Source of the DNA: a virus
Taxonomy: Duplodnaviria > Caudoviricetes
Length of the DNA: 64,000 bases
Strand: one strand, 5' to 3'
IMG/VR virus record: IMGVR_UViG_3300014159_000001
Span: 6,199 to 70,198 of that record
Made by a program: the position numbers and the translations under genes
Notes under the pieces: generated by a model
Seen by the model: the letters and a program-made list of their open reading frames with translations, nothing else
What the model was told of the DNA's origin: nothing
Database searches by the model: none
Shown: one piece after another, positions 37,098 to 46,215 of the stretch
How positions within the stretch are numbered: position 1 is the stretch's first letter
Layout of the letters: each line of letters begins with the position of its first letter

Positions 37098-37863
37098 AAG
37101 CCGAGTCCCGCCGGCAACGACTTCATGTAAATAGTTTGCTCGCGTACTACCGCGGGGAGAAGACGTGGTTCGGCAAGCGCGAGCGCGCCGTCCTCGACGT
37201 GATCGAACACATGGGCCGGGCAACGGACCGCGCCGTGATGATGGCGCTCGGGTTCGTCGACATGAACACGGTCCGGCCGACGATCACGCACCTCCGGGAC
37301 GACGGCGTCCTCGAGGAGGTCGGCGAGGAGACCTGCCCCGTGACGAATCACCGCGTCCGCCTCGTCGCGATCCGGAAGGACCCGCGGCGGGCGCAGGCCG
37401 AGTTCGTCTTCGCGTCGCCGGGCCCGAGGACATCGCGAAGCGTTACTGCGAGCGCGTCGCGATCACCGGCCGGATGGGCGAGCTCCTCGCCCGCCTCGCC
37501 GGGATGGAGCGCCTCGAGTTCTACGCCGCCGTGTGGCGATTCAACCTCAACGCGCGCTGGAACGGGAAGGCCGGCAAGGGCGACAAGTTCGACCGCGAGG
37601 AGGGGAAGCGCAAGGCGGCCGAGCTCCTCGCGATGCCGTTCCCGGACTACGTCCTCCTCGGCGGGGAGGTCTCACGGGCGTTCGGCCACCCGCACTTCGA
37701 GCCGCTCAACATGATCGGCTGGTATGACGACCAGAACCGCTACCGGCGGATCTTGCAGTTCCCCCACCCGTCGGGCATCAACCCGTTCTGGAACGAACCC
37801 TTCAACGTCCACCGCGCCGGCCGTCGCCTCCGCGAGTTCCTCGGACTCCCAAACAACCCATGA
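37094..37863 (+). pseudogene. Winged-HTH ORF running out of frame into a uracil-DNA-glycosylase-like domain
   Basis: The HTH frame loses protein-like character at about 37420. The -1 frame from about 37410 encodes 'ITGRMGELLARLAG...FNLNARW.GK.GKGD.F...VLLGGEVSRAFG...FPHPSGINPFWN' without its own start. Confidence 0.5.
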
Positions 37864-38216
37864 CAACAACAACTCAAGCCTCCACAACCGCGGCCCCCGG
37901 GACGCCCCTCGACAAGATCGAGACGATCAAGCGGATCGTCGCCGCCGACTTCGGCGTGATGGTCTGGGAGATCGACTCCCCGGCGAGGACCGTCCCGCTC
38001 CCGCAGGTCCGGCACGTCGCGATGTTCCTGACCCGCCGCCTCGTCCCGCACGAGGACGCGAGCTTCCCGGAGATCGCCCGCGCCTTCAACCGGATAAACC
38101 ACAACTCGGTCGTCCACGGGATCGAGGCCACGGCGACGCGGATGGAGACGTCGCGCGCCTTCCGGGCCCGGGTCGAGCGCCTCGAGGCCGAAGCCAAGGC
38201 GGCCCTCTCGCCATGA
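37860..38216 (+). CDS. Stand-alone DnaA C-terminal (domain IV) DNA-binding protein
   Basis: 'IKRIVAADFGV....I.SPAR...LPQVRHVAMFLTRRL...SFPEIARAFNRINHNSVVHGIE'. Confidence 0.78.
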   Translation: MTTTTQASTTAAPGTPLDKIETIKRIVAADFGVMVWEIDSPARTVPLPQVRHVAMFLTRRLVPHEDASFPEIARAFNRINHNSVVHGIEATATRMETSRAFRARVERLEAEAKAALSP

Positions 38217-38704
38217 TCGGCCCCGACGACCCGGTCGACGGGACGCGGAAGCGCCTCCCCGCGATGAGCCCCGACGAGCGCCGGCTATGGCTCGCCGCGA
38301 AGGGCGCGCCCGCGGACATGTTCTTGATCACGGCCGCGGAGCTCGGGAAACTTCAGGGCGCGCTCGCGAGCGAACACCAGATCCGGGTCGGGCACGAGCG
38401 CGGGATCGCCGCGCTCTGCCGCCAGCTCGGCCCGTACTGGGTCGAGCAACCCGACCTGCCGAACGCCGTCGCCGCCGCGCTCTTCGACGCGGACAAGTTC
38501 ACGAAGGTCCGGAAGACGTTCGGGGCGCTCCGGACCGCGAAGGGCAAGCTCGACCGCGTGATCGCGACCGCGCAGGCGACGAACTTCGCGATCGCCGCCG
38601 ACTTAATCGACGTCTCGGCGACGCTCGACGAGAAGCTCCGCGTCCTCGAGGAGGCGGACCGCCTCCGCCGCGAGCGCGGCGACCTGACGAGGAGGGCCCC
38701 ATGA
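38213..38704 (+). CDS. Hypothetical coiled-coil protein
   Basis: ATGA-coupled. Confidence 0.55.
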   Translation: MIGPDDPVDGTRKRLPAMSPDERRLWLAAKGAPADMFLITAAELGKLQGALASEHQIRVGHERGIAALCRQLGPYWVEQPDLPNAVAAALFDADKFTKVRKTFGALRTAKGKLDRVIATAQATNFAIAADLIDVSATLDEKLRVLEEADRLRRERGDLTRRAP

Positions 38705-38967
38705 GCGTCTCGCACCACGAGATCGCGACCGCGCTCGAGCTCGCCCGGGCCTACGGCGGCGGCCTCAAGCTCCGCGAGAACGGGTTCTGGAACGGCCGCA
38801 CGCAGCCGGCCAACGACGCGCGCCTCGTCTCGCGCCGCGTCGTCGAGGAGCTCGCCCGGCGCGGCTCGCTCGAGTTCGCCGACTTTCGGGAGAACCCGCG
38901 CACCGGCAACCCGGTGCCGATGCGCGCGGCGTTGACCGGGGCCGGCGGGGAGGCGCGCCGTGACTAG
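38701..38967 (+). CDS. Hypothetical protein
   Basis: GGAGG RBS, ATGA-coupled. Confidence 0.55.
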   Translation: MSVSHHEIATALELARAYGGGLKLRENGFWNGRTQPANDARLVSRRVVEELARRGSLEFADFRENPRTGNPVPMRAALTGAGGEARRD

Positions 38968-39197
38968 ACTCTTCGAGGCCGCCGCGATCGCTTGGTTCGC
39001 CGCCTCGTGCGCCGTCACCTTGACAATGTGCGCCGCCGCCCTCCTGAGCGCGCGGCCGAACCGGAGGGACCTCAAATGAAACTGTTCCTAATCGTAGCCG
39101 GGGCCGTCGTCGGCCTCGTTGCGCTCGCGATCATCGCGATCGCCGTCTGGGACCTGCGCTTCCAGCGCGACGTCCGGAAGGCGCTGGAGGACGACCG

Positions 39198-39503
39198 ATG
39201 AGCGCCGAGAAGATGTTCACGTTCTTCGTGATGAACAACCGGACGAAGGAGATCGCCACCTTCCTCGGCCAAGGCAAGACGCTCGAGGCCGCGGCCGCGG
39301 ACGCGGTCGAGACGGTCACCGGCAAGTTCGGGGCCGACTCGAGCGGCGGGGGCGTCGTCCTCCCGCTCAACGTCCGCCTCCCGGACGGCCGCTACGTCGC
39401 CCGGAGCATCGCGGACTTCGAGGGCGACGCTCCCTTCGAGGGCGTCGTCCCGGTCCGCGTCGAGCCCGCTCCCGAGCCCCCGGAGGAGGACTGCCCCGCG
39501 TGA
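39198..39503 (+). CDS. Hypothetical protein
   Basis: GGAGG RBS, 101 aa. Confidence 0.55.
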   Translation: MSAEKMFTFFVMNNRTKEIATFLGQGKTLEAAAADAVETVTGKFGADSSGGGVVLPLNVRLPDGRYVARSIADFEGDAPFEGVVPVRVEPAPEPPEEDCPA

Positions 39504-39794
39504 AGCCGACCCTGCCCCCCGTCCCCGACTGGATCGCCGCTTGGCAAATGCCCCGGCGGCTCGTCGACGTCCCGGCCGCGACCCTCCGGAGGCTCGGCGT
39601 GCCAGAGGCCGAGGAGGCCCCCGTTCGGAGGCCCCCGCCGCCCCTCGCCCACGCCCCCTCCGGCCCGGCCCGCCCCGGCCCCCCTGCCCGCGAAAGCACC
39701 CCCGCCGGCGCCCGCGCCCGCCCCGGAACCGGCCCCCGGGCCCCATCCGCCCCGCCGGCTATCGCAAGCCAGCCTCTTTTAACCCCCCGATAAC

Positions 39795-40307
39795 ATGAAA
39801 CTCATCAAGCTATTCGCCGCCCTAATAGGGACGGCCCTCCCCGCGGCCCCGGCGGCCGCGTTCATCCCGAGCCACCCGCCGACGGCCCTGACGGACGACG
39901 TCAACCTCTGGATCCTCCAATGCGAGGGGCTCGAGGCCGAGCTCCCCTCCGAGGCGTCTTACCTCGCCGGCGCGGCCGCCGCCTACGAGGCCGAGCTCCC
40001 GCTCCTCTTCTTCTACGGCGACGAGTTCGAGGCGAACGAGGAGACCTTCGAGTGGGAGGTCGACCAGATCCTGACGATCGTCCTCTGGGCCCAGCTCCAC
40101 CAGTACGGGACGACGGGCCCGGTCTTCGACTACTACGAGGGCGCGATCGACGCGTGCTACTTCACGATGGCGACGATGGACGCCGAGGCCGGCCTCGTCT
40201 GCCCCGGCTCGACGCGCTGGGCCGGCTCGACGAGCGGCCCGGGCCTCGCCCCGGAGGCCGACCCGCCGGCGCGGTCCGCGCCCCGGGATAAGGGAGGCCG
40301 GCCGTGA
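39795..40307 (+). CDS. Secreted acidic hypothetical protein
   Basis: MKLIKLFAALIGTALPAAPAAA signal peptide with an AxA site. Confidence 0.6.
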   Translation: MKLIKLFAALIGTALPAAPAAAFIPSHPPTALTDDVNLWILQCEGLEAELPSEASYLAGAAAAYEAELPLLFFYGDEFEANEETFEWEVDQILTIVLWAQLHQYGTTGPVFDYYEGAIDACYFTMATMDAEAGLVCPGSTRWAGSTSGPGLAPEADPPARSAPRDKGGRP

Positions 40308-40682
40308 AGCCCACCGACTCCCAGCTCCTCCGGTGGCTCCTTCTCCCGGACTCGATGGTCACGCCGATCCTCAACCACTCGACCGGCCGGTGGGTCTCGT
40401 GGATCGCCTCCCGCCGCAACGACACCGGGTTCATCCGGATCTCCAAGCGCGCCGCCGTCGCCGCCGCCGCGCGCCACGCGATCAAGCGCGGGGAGCTATG
40501 AACGCCATCCTCCGCGCCTTCCGCTACCTCCTCGTCACCGGCCCGAGCCGGAGCCGCTTCAAGCGCCGGAGCGCCGCGTCCCGCAAGGGGTGGGCCACCC
40601 GCCGCGCCAAGGCGAACCCGCCCCCGACCGCCGAGGAGCGGTTCGCCAAGATGATGCCGTTCACCGCGGGGCACCACAAGTT

Positions 40683-41132
40683 ATGAGCAAGCGGTTCACC
40701 CTCGAGGACATCTCAAAGCTGCTCGGCGCGAAAGCGCAGGGCGAGGTCGCGACGCAACTGTATCCAGCCGGCGGCAACGTGGTCCCGGCAACGATCGAGG
40801 TGACGCGGAAGCCGCGCCTCCGCCAACAGCGAAGCGGCGGCCTCAACAAGACCGAGCGCGCCTTCGAGGCGTACCTCAAGACGATCTGGGCCGCGCCGGT
40901 CCTCCCTCAATCCGTCACGCTCAAGCTCGCGAACGGCGTCCGCTACACGCCGGATTTCGTGGTCTTCCACCGGACGAGCGGGATGCACGCCTACGAGGTC
41001 AAGGGGTTCATGCGCGACGACGCCGCGGTCAAGCTCAAGGTCGCCGCCCACGCCTACCCGTGGATCACCTTCTACCTCGTCTCGAAACACAGCGTCCCCG
41101 GCTGCTGGAACGTCGAGAGGGTGCTGACGTGA
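40683..41132 (+). CDS. PD-(D/E)xK endonuclease (DUF1064/VRR-NUC-like)
   Basis: 'NKTERAF...LANGVRYTPDF...AYEVKGFMRDDAAVKLK'. Confidence 0.75.
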   Translation: MSKRFTLEDISKLLGAKAQGEVATQLYPAGGNVVPATIEVTRKPRLRQQRSGGLNKTERAFEAYLKTIWAAPVLPQSVTLKLANGVRYTPDFVVFHRTSGMHAYEVKGFMRDDAAVKLKVAAHAYPWITFYLVSKHSVPGCWNVERVLT

Positions 41133-41247
41133 AGGCCCGCCGGCACCACAACAACAAGGGCCTCCGGAAAATCCGCCGGGGCCGGACCGAGCGCGCCGCC
41201 CGCCGGATCGCGCGCCGCCTCCGGATCAAGTACGGAGAACGAAAACC

Positions 41248-41478
41248 ATGAGTAAATACACGAGAGCAAAGATTACGATCGTGCTCGAAACGGGGGAAAA
41301 GCTCGAGGCGGACGGCGTCGCTCGGATCATCCCGCGCGACCCGGCCGACCACCAATCGCTGAGGTGCTATTCGGACGAGGCAAGGAGGGACGCGGAGTAT
41401 TGTCGGCTACCCGAGAGATGGTTCGATTTCGAGGGCTCGACGTTCCCGGCCGGCATGCAGATAACGATGAGACTTTAG
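41248..41478 (+). CDS. Hypothetical protein
   Basis: 76 aa with AT-richer codons. Confidence 0.5.
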   Translation: MSKYTRAKITIVLETGEKLEADGVARIIPRDPADHQSLRCYSDEARRDAEYCRLPERWFDFEGSTFPAGMQITMRL

Positions 41479-41480
41479 CC

Positions 41481-41816
41481 GTGAACGATCAACCCCTCCT
41501 CGATCTCGGAGAGATCCCGCGGCGCGGCGTCCCCCGGGACAAGGCGGCCCTACGCGCGTTCATGAGGGCGAACGTGATCTTGACGTGGTCGACGGGCGAA
41601 CCGGACGAGAAGGAGACCCCGAAATGGGTCGCCGTGAAGGTCCCTCCGAAGAACCTCGCGAATGGCAAGCCGATCCCTCCCGAGATGACGATCGGCGCGA
41701 TGTTCGCCTCCTTCGGCCGGCTCCTTGATGAGGGCGGCTGGACCGGCTACGGCGCGACCGAGCGCGAGGCCGTCGAGGCGGTCTGCGCCGAGAGGAAGAT
41801 CCCCTTCAACCCGTGA
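41481..41816 (+). CDS. Hypothetical protein
   Basis: GTG start with phage codon usage. Confidence 0.5.
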   Translation: MNDQPLLDLGEIPRRGVPRDKAALRAFMRANVILTWSTGEPDEKETPKWVAVKVPPKNLANGKPIPPEMTIGAMFASFGRLLDEGGWTGYGATEREAVEAVCAERKIPFNP

Positions 41817-42019
41817 GCCCCGAACTCAAAGCCGCCGTCTCCCTCGTCCTCCAAGTCGACGGCCTCTACGTGGTCACGATGCCCGGCGACGCCGGCGCGA
41901 TCGTCCCGCTCGTGGTCAACCGCGGCCGGATCTACTCGCTCCGGATGGACTCCGAGCTCGACCCCGACCGCTTCAACGAGGGCGCGAAGTTCACCGGCCC
42001 CGTCTACCGCTTCCCATGA
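41813..42019 (+). CDS. Hypothetical protein
   Basis: Coupled overlaps at both ends. Confidence 0.5.
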   Translation: MSPELKAAVSLVLQVDGLYVVTMPGDAGAIVPLVVNRGRIYSLRMDSELDPDRFNEGAKFTGPVYRFP

Positions 42020-42408
42020 AAACCACGCTCGCCCTAGTCTTCGCGATCGCCGCGATCGCCGGCGCTCTGCTCGCCCAACCAACCCCAACCCCAACGCCCA
42101 CCCCGACGTTGACCACGGCGATGATGACGATCACCGACTTGCACACCTACAAGAACGACGGCAAAGGGCATTTGATCGAGGTCCCGCCGTCGACCTTCGT
42201 CGAGCCTCTCTGGTATTACTCGGATGGCCCGATCGCGGCGACGGCGACGTCGATGTGGTCGATCACGACGACCGCGCTAACCGTCACCGGCATTTTCGAC
42301 GAGCAAGGTCGGCCGTTCAAGCCCGCCAAGCCGGAGCAGTGCAAGGCGACCCTCGAGACCGCGGACGGCCGGCGCTGGACCGCCGAATGGAAGGAGATCA
42401 AGCCATGA
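42016..42408 (+). CDS. Small secreted protein with a short PT repeat
   Basis: [31 protein letters not shown]. Confidence 0.65.
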   Translation: MKTTLALVFAIAAIAGALLAQPTPTPTPTPTLTTAMMTITDLHTYKNDGKGHLIEVPPSTFVEPLWYYSDGPIAATATSMWSITTTALTVTGIFDEQGRPFKPAKPEQCKATLETADGRRWTAEWKEIKP

Positions 42409-42722
42409 GCCACAACTACGCCCTCCCCCACTCCCTCGACCTCGGCGAGGAGATCCGCCTCCCCGGCGAGGACCCCGAGAAGATCGTCCGCCACCACCTC
42501 CCGGGTGGACACCCCTTCGCCGGCAACCGCTTCCGCGACGGGCCGATCGACCGCCCGACCGCCCGCGCGATCCGGACCCCATGCTTCGCCGCCGTCGACC
42601 GCGGCGCGACCCTCTTCCCCGACCGGACGTGGCGCCGCCTCCGGCCCGCCGGCGTCTTCAAAGTCTACGACGTCCGGCAACCGGACGGCAGCGTCGCCCT
42701 CGTCTCCAAACTCCCGGCTTGA
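42405..42722 (+). CDS. Hypothetical protein
   Basis: GGAG RBS, ATGA-coupled. Confidence 0.5.
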   Translation: MSHNYALPHSLDLGEEIRLPGEDPEKIVRHHLPGGHPFAGNRFRDGPIDRPTARAIRTPCFAAVDRGATLFPDRTWRRLRPAGVFKVYDVRQPDGSVALVSKLPA

Positions 42723-42751
42723 GACGCTCAGGCCGACAACCCCCGAACAAG

Positions 42752-43219
42752 ATGATCCCGAAAACCATCGGCGGCTACGCCGTCACGCTCACGCGGGACC
42801 CGGTCAAGAAGTACTGGGTCGCCGAGATCCCCGACATCCCGACCTGCTCCTCCGACGGCCCGACCCGGGTCGACGCGTTCGCGAACCTCGAGAGAGCGTT
42901 CGCGCTCCTCCGCCGCGAGTACCGCTCAAGCGGCCTCGAGCTCCCCGTCCCGAGGGCCGCCGGCGGCACGCCGATCCGCCCCGAGTTCGTCGCCGCGATG
43001 CGCGAGCAACTCGAGGCTCACGCCTACAAGGGCGACTGGATCGCCTTCCGCTTCCGCGACCGGAGGCACGCGACGGACCTCCTGAGCGAGCACTTCGTCA
43101 AGCTCGTGCAAGATCTCCGCTCCGGCGCTATGGGCCCCGCGAGCTCGGTCCGCCAACACGCCGCGGACGTGGCCAACATCGCGATGAAGATCGACGAGTG
43201 CTTCGGCCCCCCGGCTTGA
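42752..43219 (+). CDS. HicB-like domain fused to a MazG-like all-alpha domain
   Basis: N-half 'YWVAEIPDIPTCSSDGPTRVDAFANLERA...GLELPVP'. C-half 'MREQLEAH.YKGDW...LSEHFVKL...HAADVANIAMKI'. Confidence 0.6.
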   Translation: MIPKTIGGYAVTLTRDPVKKYWVAEIPDIPTCSSDGPTRVDAFANLERAFALLRREYRSSGLELPVPRAAGGTPIRPEFVAAMREQLEAHAYKGDWIAFRFRDRRHATDLLSEHFVKLVQDLRSGAMGPASSVRQHAADVANIAMKIDECFGPPA

Positions 43220-43252
43220 CACCCAAGCCGCTGACCCCCTAGTCCTCCCGGA
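43216..43252 (+). promoter_or_regulatory. Promoter for TerS, probably leaderless
   Basis: TTGACA(43216)-18 bp-TAGTCC(43240)-7 nt-GTG(43253). Confidence 0.5.
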
Positions 43253-43840
43253 GTGGTCGCGAGCGCACTCCCCAAATCCTCAAACGGTAGAACCGAGGGC
43301 AAACGCCGTCAACCCGCCCTCGTATCCGCGCGGCAAGCCGAGTTCGCGAGGCTCATCGTCGCCGGCAAGCTCCAGCGCGACGCCTACATCGAGGCGTACC
43401 ACCCGAAGACGAAGAGGCTCCAGTCGATCTCGCAGCGCGCCCACCGCGTCTCGGTCCTCCCGATCGTCCAGCGCGAGATCCTCCGCCTCCGGATGAACGC
43501 CGAGCGCGCCGTGCTCCTCACCCTCAACGACCGGCTCAAGCGCCTCTCCCAGATCATCCTCGACCCCGAGGCGAAGCCGGGCGACGTGACGACCGCGATC
43601 TCCGTCTACTCGAGGATCTCCGGCGACCAAGCGCCCGAGAGGCAGGAGCACACGGGGAAGGACGGCGCGCCGCTCCCGTCGACCGTCGTGCAGGTGATCC
43701 AGCCGGCCCCCGTCGTCCGCCCCCTCTCCGGCCGCGAGCGCCTCGCCGAGATGCGCCGGGCCCGGGCGATCCGGGAGGCGGCGAAAGCGCCGGAGGTCCC
43801 GGCCGCCGTCCCGGCCCCGACGCAAGCGCCGGCGGCCTGA
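43253..43840 (+). CDS. terS: Terminase small subunit
   Basis: 'RQAEFARLIVAG..QRDAYIEAY' HTH and 'QEHTGKDGAPL' motif. Confidence 0.8.
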   Translation: MVASALPKSSNGRTEGKRRQPALVSARQAEFARLIVAGKLQRDAYIEAYHPKTKRLQSISQRAHRVSVLPIVQREILRLRMNAERAVLLTLNDRLKRLSQIILDPEAKPGDVTTAISVYSRISGDQAPERQEHTGKDGAPLPSTVVQVIQPAPVVRPLSGRERLAEMRRARAIREAAKAPEVPAAVPAPTQAPAA

Positions 43841-43897
43841 TATACAGCTTGACTCCGGCCCGGGGAGATATACGCCGGAAGCTCCCTCGAGATATAC
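43839..43897 (+). promoter_or_regulatory. Promoter with three GATATAC direct repeats
   Basis: GATATAC at 43839, 43867 and 43891, interleaved with TTGACT at 43849. Confidence 0.55.
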
Positions 43898-43901
43898 AAC
43901 G

Positions 43902-44450
43902 ATGAAGACCCCGACCCTCGCCCTCCTCCTCGCCATCGCACTGCCACTTCGCGCCGACCCCTTGATCGAGGGGACGATCGGCTTCTCCGGGACGGCGACG
44001 ACGGACTCGGGGGACCTCTTCCACGCCGGGGCGTTCACGTCGATCTCGGCGATCACCGAGCCCGGGGACCGCGGCGACTACGCGGGCGTCACGCCGGGCG
44101 CTCCGGTCGACTTTCCCGCCTTCGCCTTCTCGGCCCCGAGCGTCGAGCCGCTCTGGACCTTCGATCTCGGCGGCGTGACGTACTCGTTCGACGCGACGAG
44201 CATCGACCTCGTCGGCCGCTACGATCACGGCGAGCTCTCGTTCGTCGAACTCGAGGGAGACGGGATCGCCTCGATCACGGGCTTCGCGCCGACGCCGGGC
44301 GACTGGGGGATCGAAGTCAGGGACGTCGACGGGGACAGCTCGTTCACCTTCGGGGCGACGTCCTCGGTCCCGGACGCGACGCCGACCGCGATCCTCCTCG
44401 CGATCGCCACCGTCGCGATCGCCGCCTCGGGCCGGCGCGCCCTCCGATGA
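43902..44450 (+). CDS. VPDSG-CTERM-like exosortase-targeted surface protein
   Basis: Signal peptide MKTPTLALLLAIALPLRA, a beta-rich body, and a C-terminal VPD + TM helix + basic tail (VPDATPTAILLAIATVAIAASGRRALR). Confidence 0.72.
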   Translation: MKTPTLALLLAIALPLRADPLIEGTIGFSGTATTDSGDLFHAGAFTSISAITEPGDRGDYAGVTPGAPVDFPAFAFSAPSVEPLWTFDLGGVTYSFDATSIDLVGRYDHGELSFVELEGDGIASITGFAPTPGDWGIEVRDVDGDSSFTFGATSSVPDATPTAILLAIATVAIAASGRRALR

Positions 44451-44743
44451 GCTCCGACCGCAAGATGACCCAGTTCCGGCTCCCGGCCGAGACCCGGAAG
44501 CAAATCGCGGAGCTCAAGAAGGAGCTGCTTTGCAACGCCACCGAGGTCGTGGTGCTCGCCGTGCAGGAACTCACGGACGTCAAGCGAAGAGTCCCCGGCG
44601 AGCCGCGCGTCCTCGAGCTCCACCTCGACGGGACGACGCGCGAGAAGCTCGCCCGGGACTTGACGATCGACGCCGGCTCGCAGTCGATCCGCCTGATCCG
44701 CAATGGCGACCCGGTCCTCAAGCCCGGGCACAAGACGCTATGA
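44447..44743 (+). CDS. Ribbon-helix-helix DNA-binding protein
   Basis: 'RKMTQFRLPAETRKQIAELKKELLCNATEVVVLAVQEL'. Confidence 0.65.
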   Translation: MSSDRKMTQFRLPAETRKQIAELKKELLCNATEVVVLAVQELTDVKRRVPGEPRVLELHLDGTTREKLARDLTIDAGSQSIRLIRNGDPVLKPGHKTL

Positions 44744-44894
44744 ACGTCACCCTCAAAATCCTCGGCATCTGCGTCTGCGCGCTCGGCGGCGCGCTTTGCG
44801 GCGCGCACTCCGACGTCGCCTTCTCGATCTGGGGCGCGGCCGCGGCCCTGATCATCGCTTGGCCTCTCCCCCCCGAATCCAAGGACCTATCCCT

Positions 44895-45275
44895 ATGAGC
44901 AAACCCGCACCCCACAACGTTCACGACCTCAACCGGATCACGCAGCTCGAGGCGCGACTCTCCGCGCTAGTGCGCGAAGGCGCGGCGAATCACGAAGGAT
45001 GGCTCGCGGCCCAGACCAAGCTCGAGGCCGAGCTCGCCGACGTCCGCAAGGCGCACGACGACCTCCTCCGCGACCTCCTCGCGGCCCGGGATCTCCTCCA
45101 CCGGGCCCGGCGCTCCCGCGCGCTCCACTTCTTCAACCGGAGGCTGACCGCCGCGATCGTCGACTACTTCTTCGAGCGGCTCGCCGCGAAGCCGGCCGAG
45201 CCTGAGAAGCCGGCGGACCCGCCCGCCGACCCGCGGCCGAACGGCCCGGCCGAAGCCGCTCCCCCACCGCCGTGA
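44895..45275 (+). CDS. Coiled-coil hypothetical protein
   Basis: ATGA-coupled with heptads. Confidence 0.55.
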   Translation: MSKPAPHNVHDLNRITQLEARLSALVREGAANHEGWLAAQTKLEAELADVRKAHDDLLRDLLAARDLLHRARRSRALHFFNRRLTAAIVDYFFERLAAKPAEPEKPADPPADPRPNGPAEAAPPPP

Positions 45276-45568
45276 CCCGCGACCGCCACGTCTTTCCCTC
45301 GAAGCTCCTCCGCCTCGTCGGGATCGAGGCCGTCCGGAACTCGGACCGGCCGGAGCTCGAAATCTTCCTCCCGATGGTCGTCCCCGAGTCCGTCAAGAAC
45401 TTCGAGGAGTTCTGGTCGCGCCTCCTCGACGACATCGCCACCTCGATCGCCGTCCCGCGCGAGCTCCTCGACGAGGCCGCACGCACGCCGCCGCCCGATG
45501 ACCTGCGCGAATGGGAGGAACGTGACATAGACGACGCGACCGATCCCGAACCAAGGGAGGAGCAATGA
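45272..45568 (+). CDS. Hypothetical acidic protein
   Basis: Coupled ORF. Confidence 0.5.
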   Translation: MTRDRHVFPSKLLRLVGIEAVRNSDRPELEIFLPMVVPESVKNFEEFWSRLLDDIATSIAVPRELLDEAARTPPPDDLREWEERDIDDATDPEPREEQ

Positions 45569-45765
45569 CCGCCACCGAGATCCGGAAGCTCGAGGACGCC
45601 CGCTACGCCGCCGGCCGGAAGGTCCGCGAGGCGACCCTCGCGCGCCGGGCGGCCGAGCTCGCCGTCCTCCGGGCGAAGGAGATCGAGCTCGACGCGATCA
45701 ACGAGGAGACGAACGCCATCCGGGCGCTCCACGACGCGCGGCTCGTCGAACCCCTCAACGTGTGA
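45565..45765 (+). CDS. Small coiled-coil protein
   Basis: GGAGG RBS. Confidence 0.55.
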   Translation: MTATEIRKLEDARYAAGRKVREATLARRAAELAVLRAKEIELDAINEETNAIRALHDARLVEPLNV

Positions 45766-46136
45766 TCCCCGTCGCCCTCGACCTCTCCGCCTTGCACGCC
45801 CCGGCGGCGCACCCGGTCGAATACTTCCGCGAGCTCGACGCGATCGCCGGAGTGGAGTCGAGGAGCGATCCGCGGGCGATCGGCCGGGCCGGGGAGCGGA
45901 CGGCGTACCAGATCACGCGCGAGGTCTGGGAGGAGGAGACCGATCTCCCGTGGTCCGCCGCCTTCGACGAGTACATGGCGAAGCTGATCGCCCTTCGGCA
46001 CCTCAAGACGCTCGAGCGCCGGCTCCTCAGCCGCGGTGTCGCGGTGACCCCCTTCTCCCTCGCCCTCGCGTGGAACCCGCTCGGCGGCGCGGACCGGGCC
46101 CGACGCGTCGCGAACCTCTACGAGGCCCTCCCGTGA
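45762..46136 (+). CDS. Lysozyme-fold / SLT-like transglycosylase
   Basis: 'LDAIAGVESRSDPRAIGRAGERTAYQIT...W' catalytic Glu motif and 'LALAWN'. Confidence 0.65.
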   Translation: MIPVALDLSALHAPAAHPVEYFRELDAIAGVESRSDPRAIGRAGERTAYQITREVWEEETDLPWSAAFDEYMAKLIALRHLKTLERRLLSRGVAVTPFSLALAWNPLGGADRARRVANLYEALP

Positions 46137-46215
46137 CTCAAGTCGACGTCATGCTCCTCTCCGGTTCCGTCTGGGAGCACAAGTGGGCGCTTCGGTCCGG
46201 CGTCGAGAAGACCCG

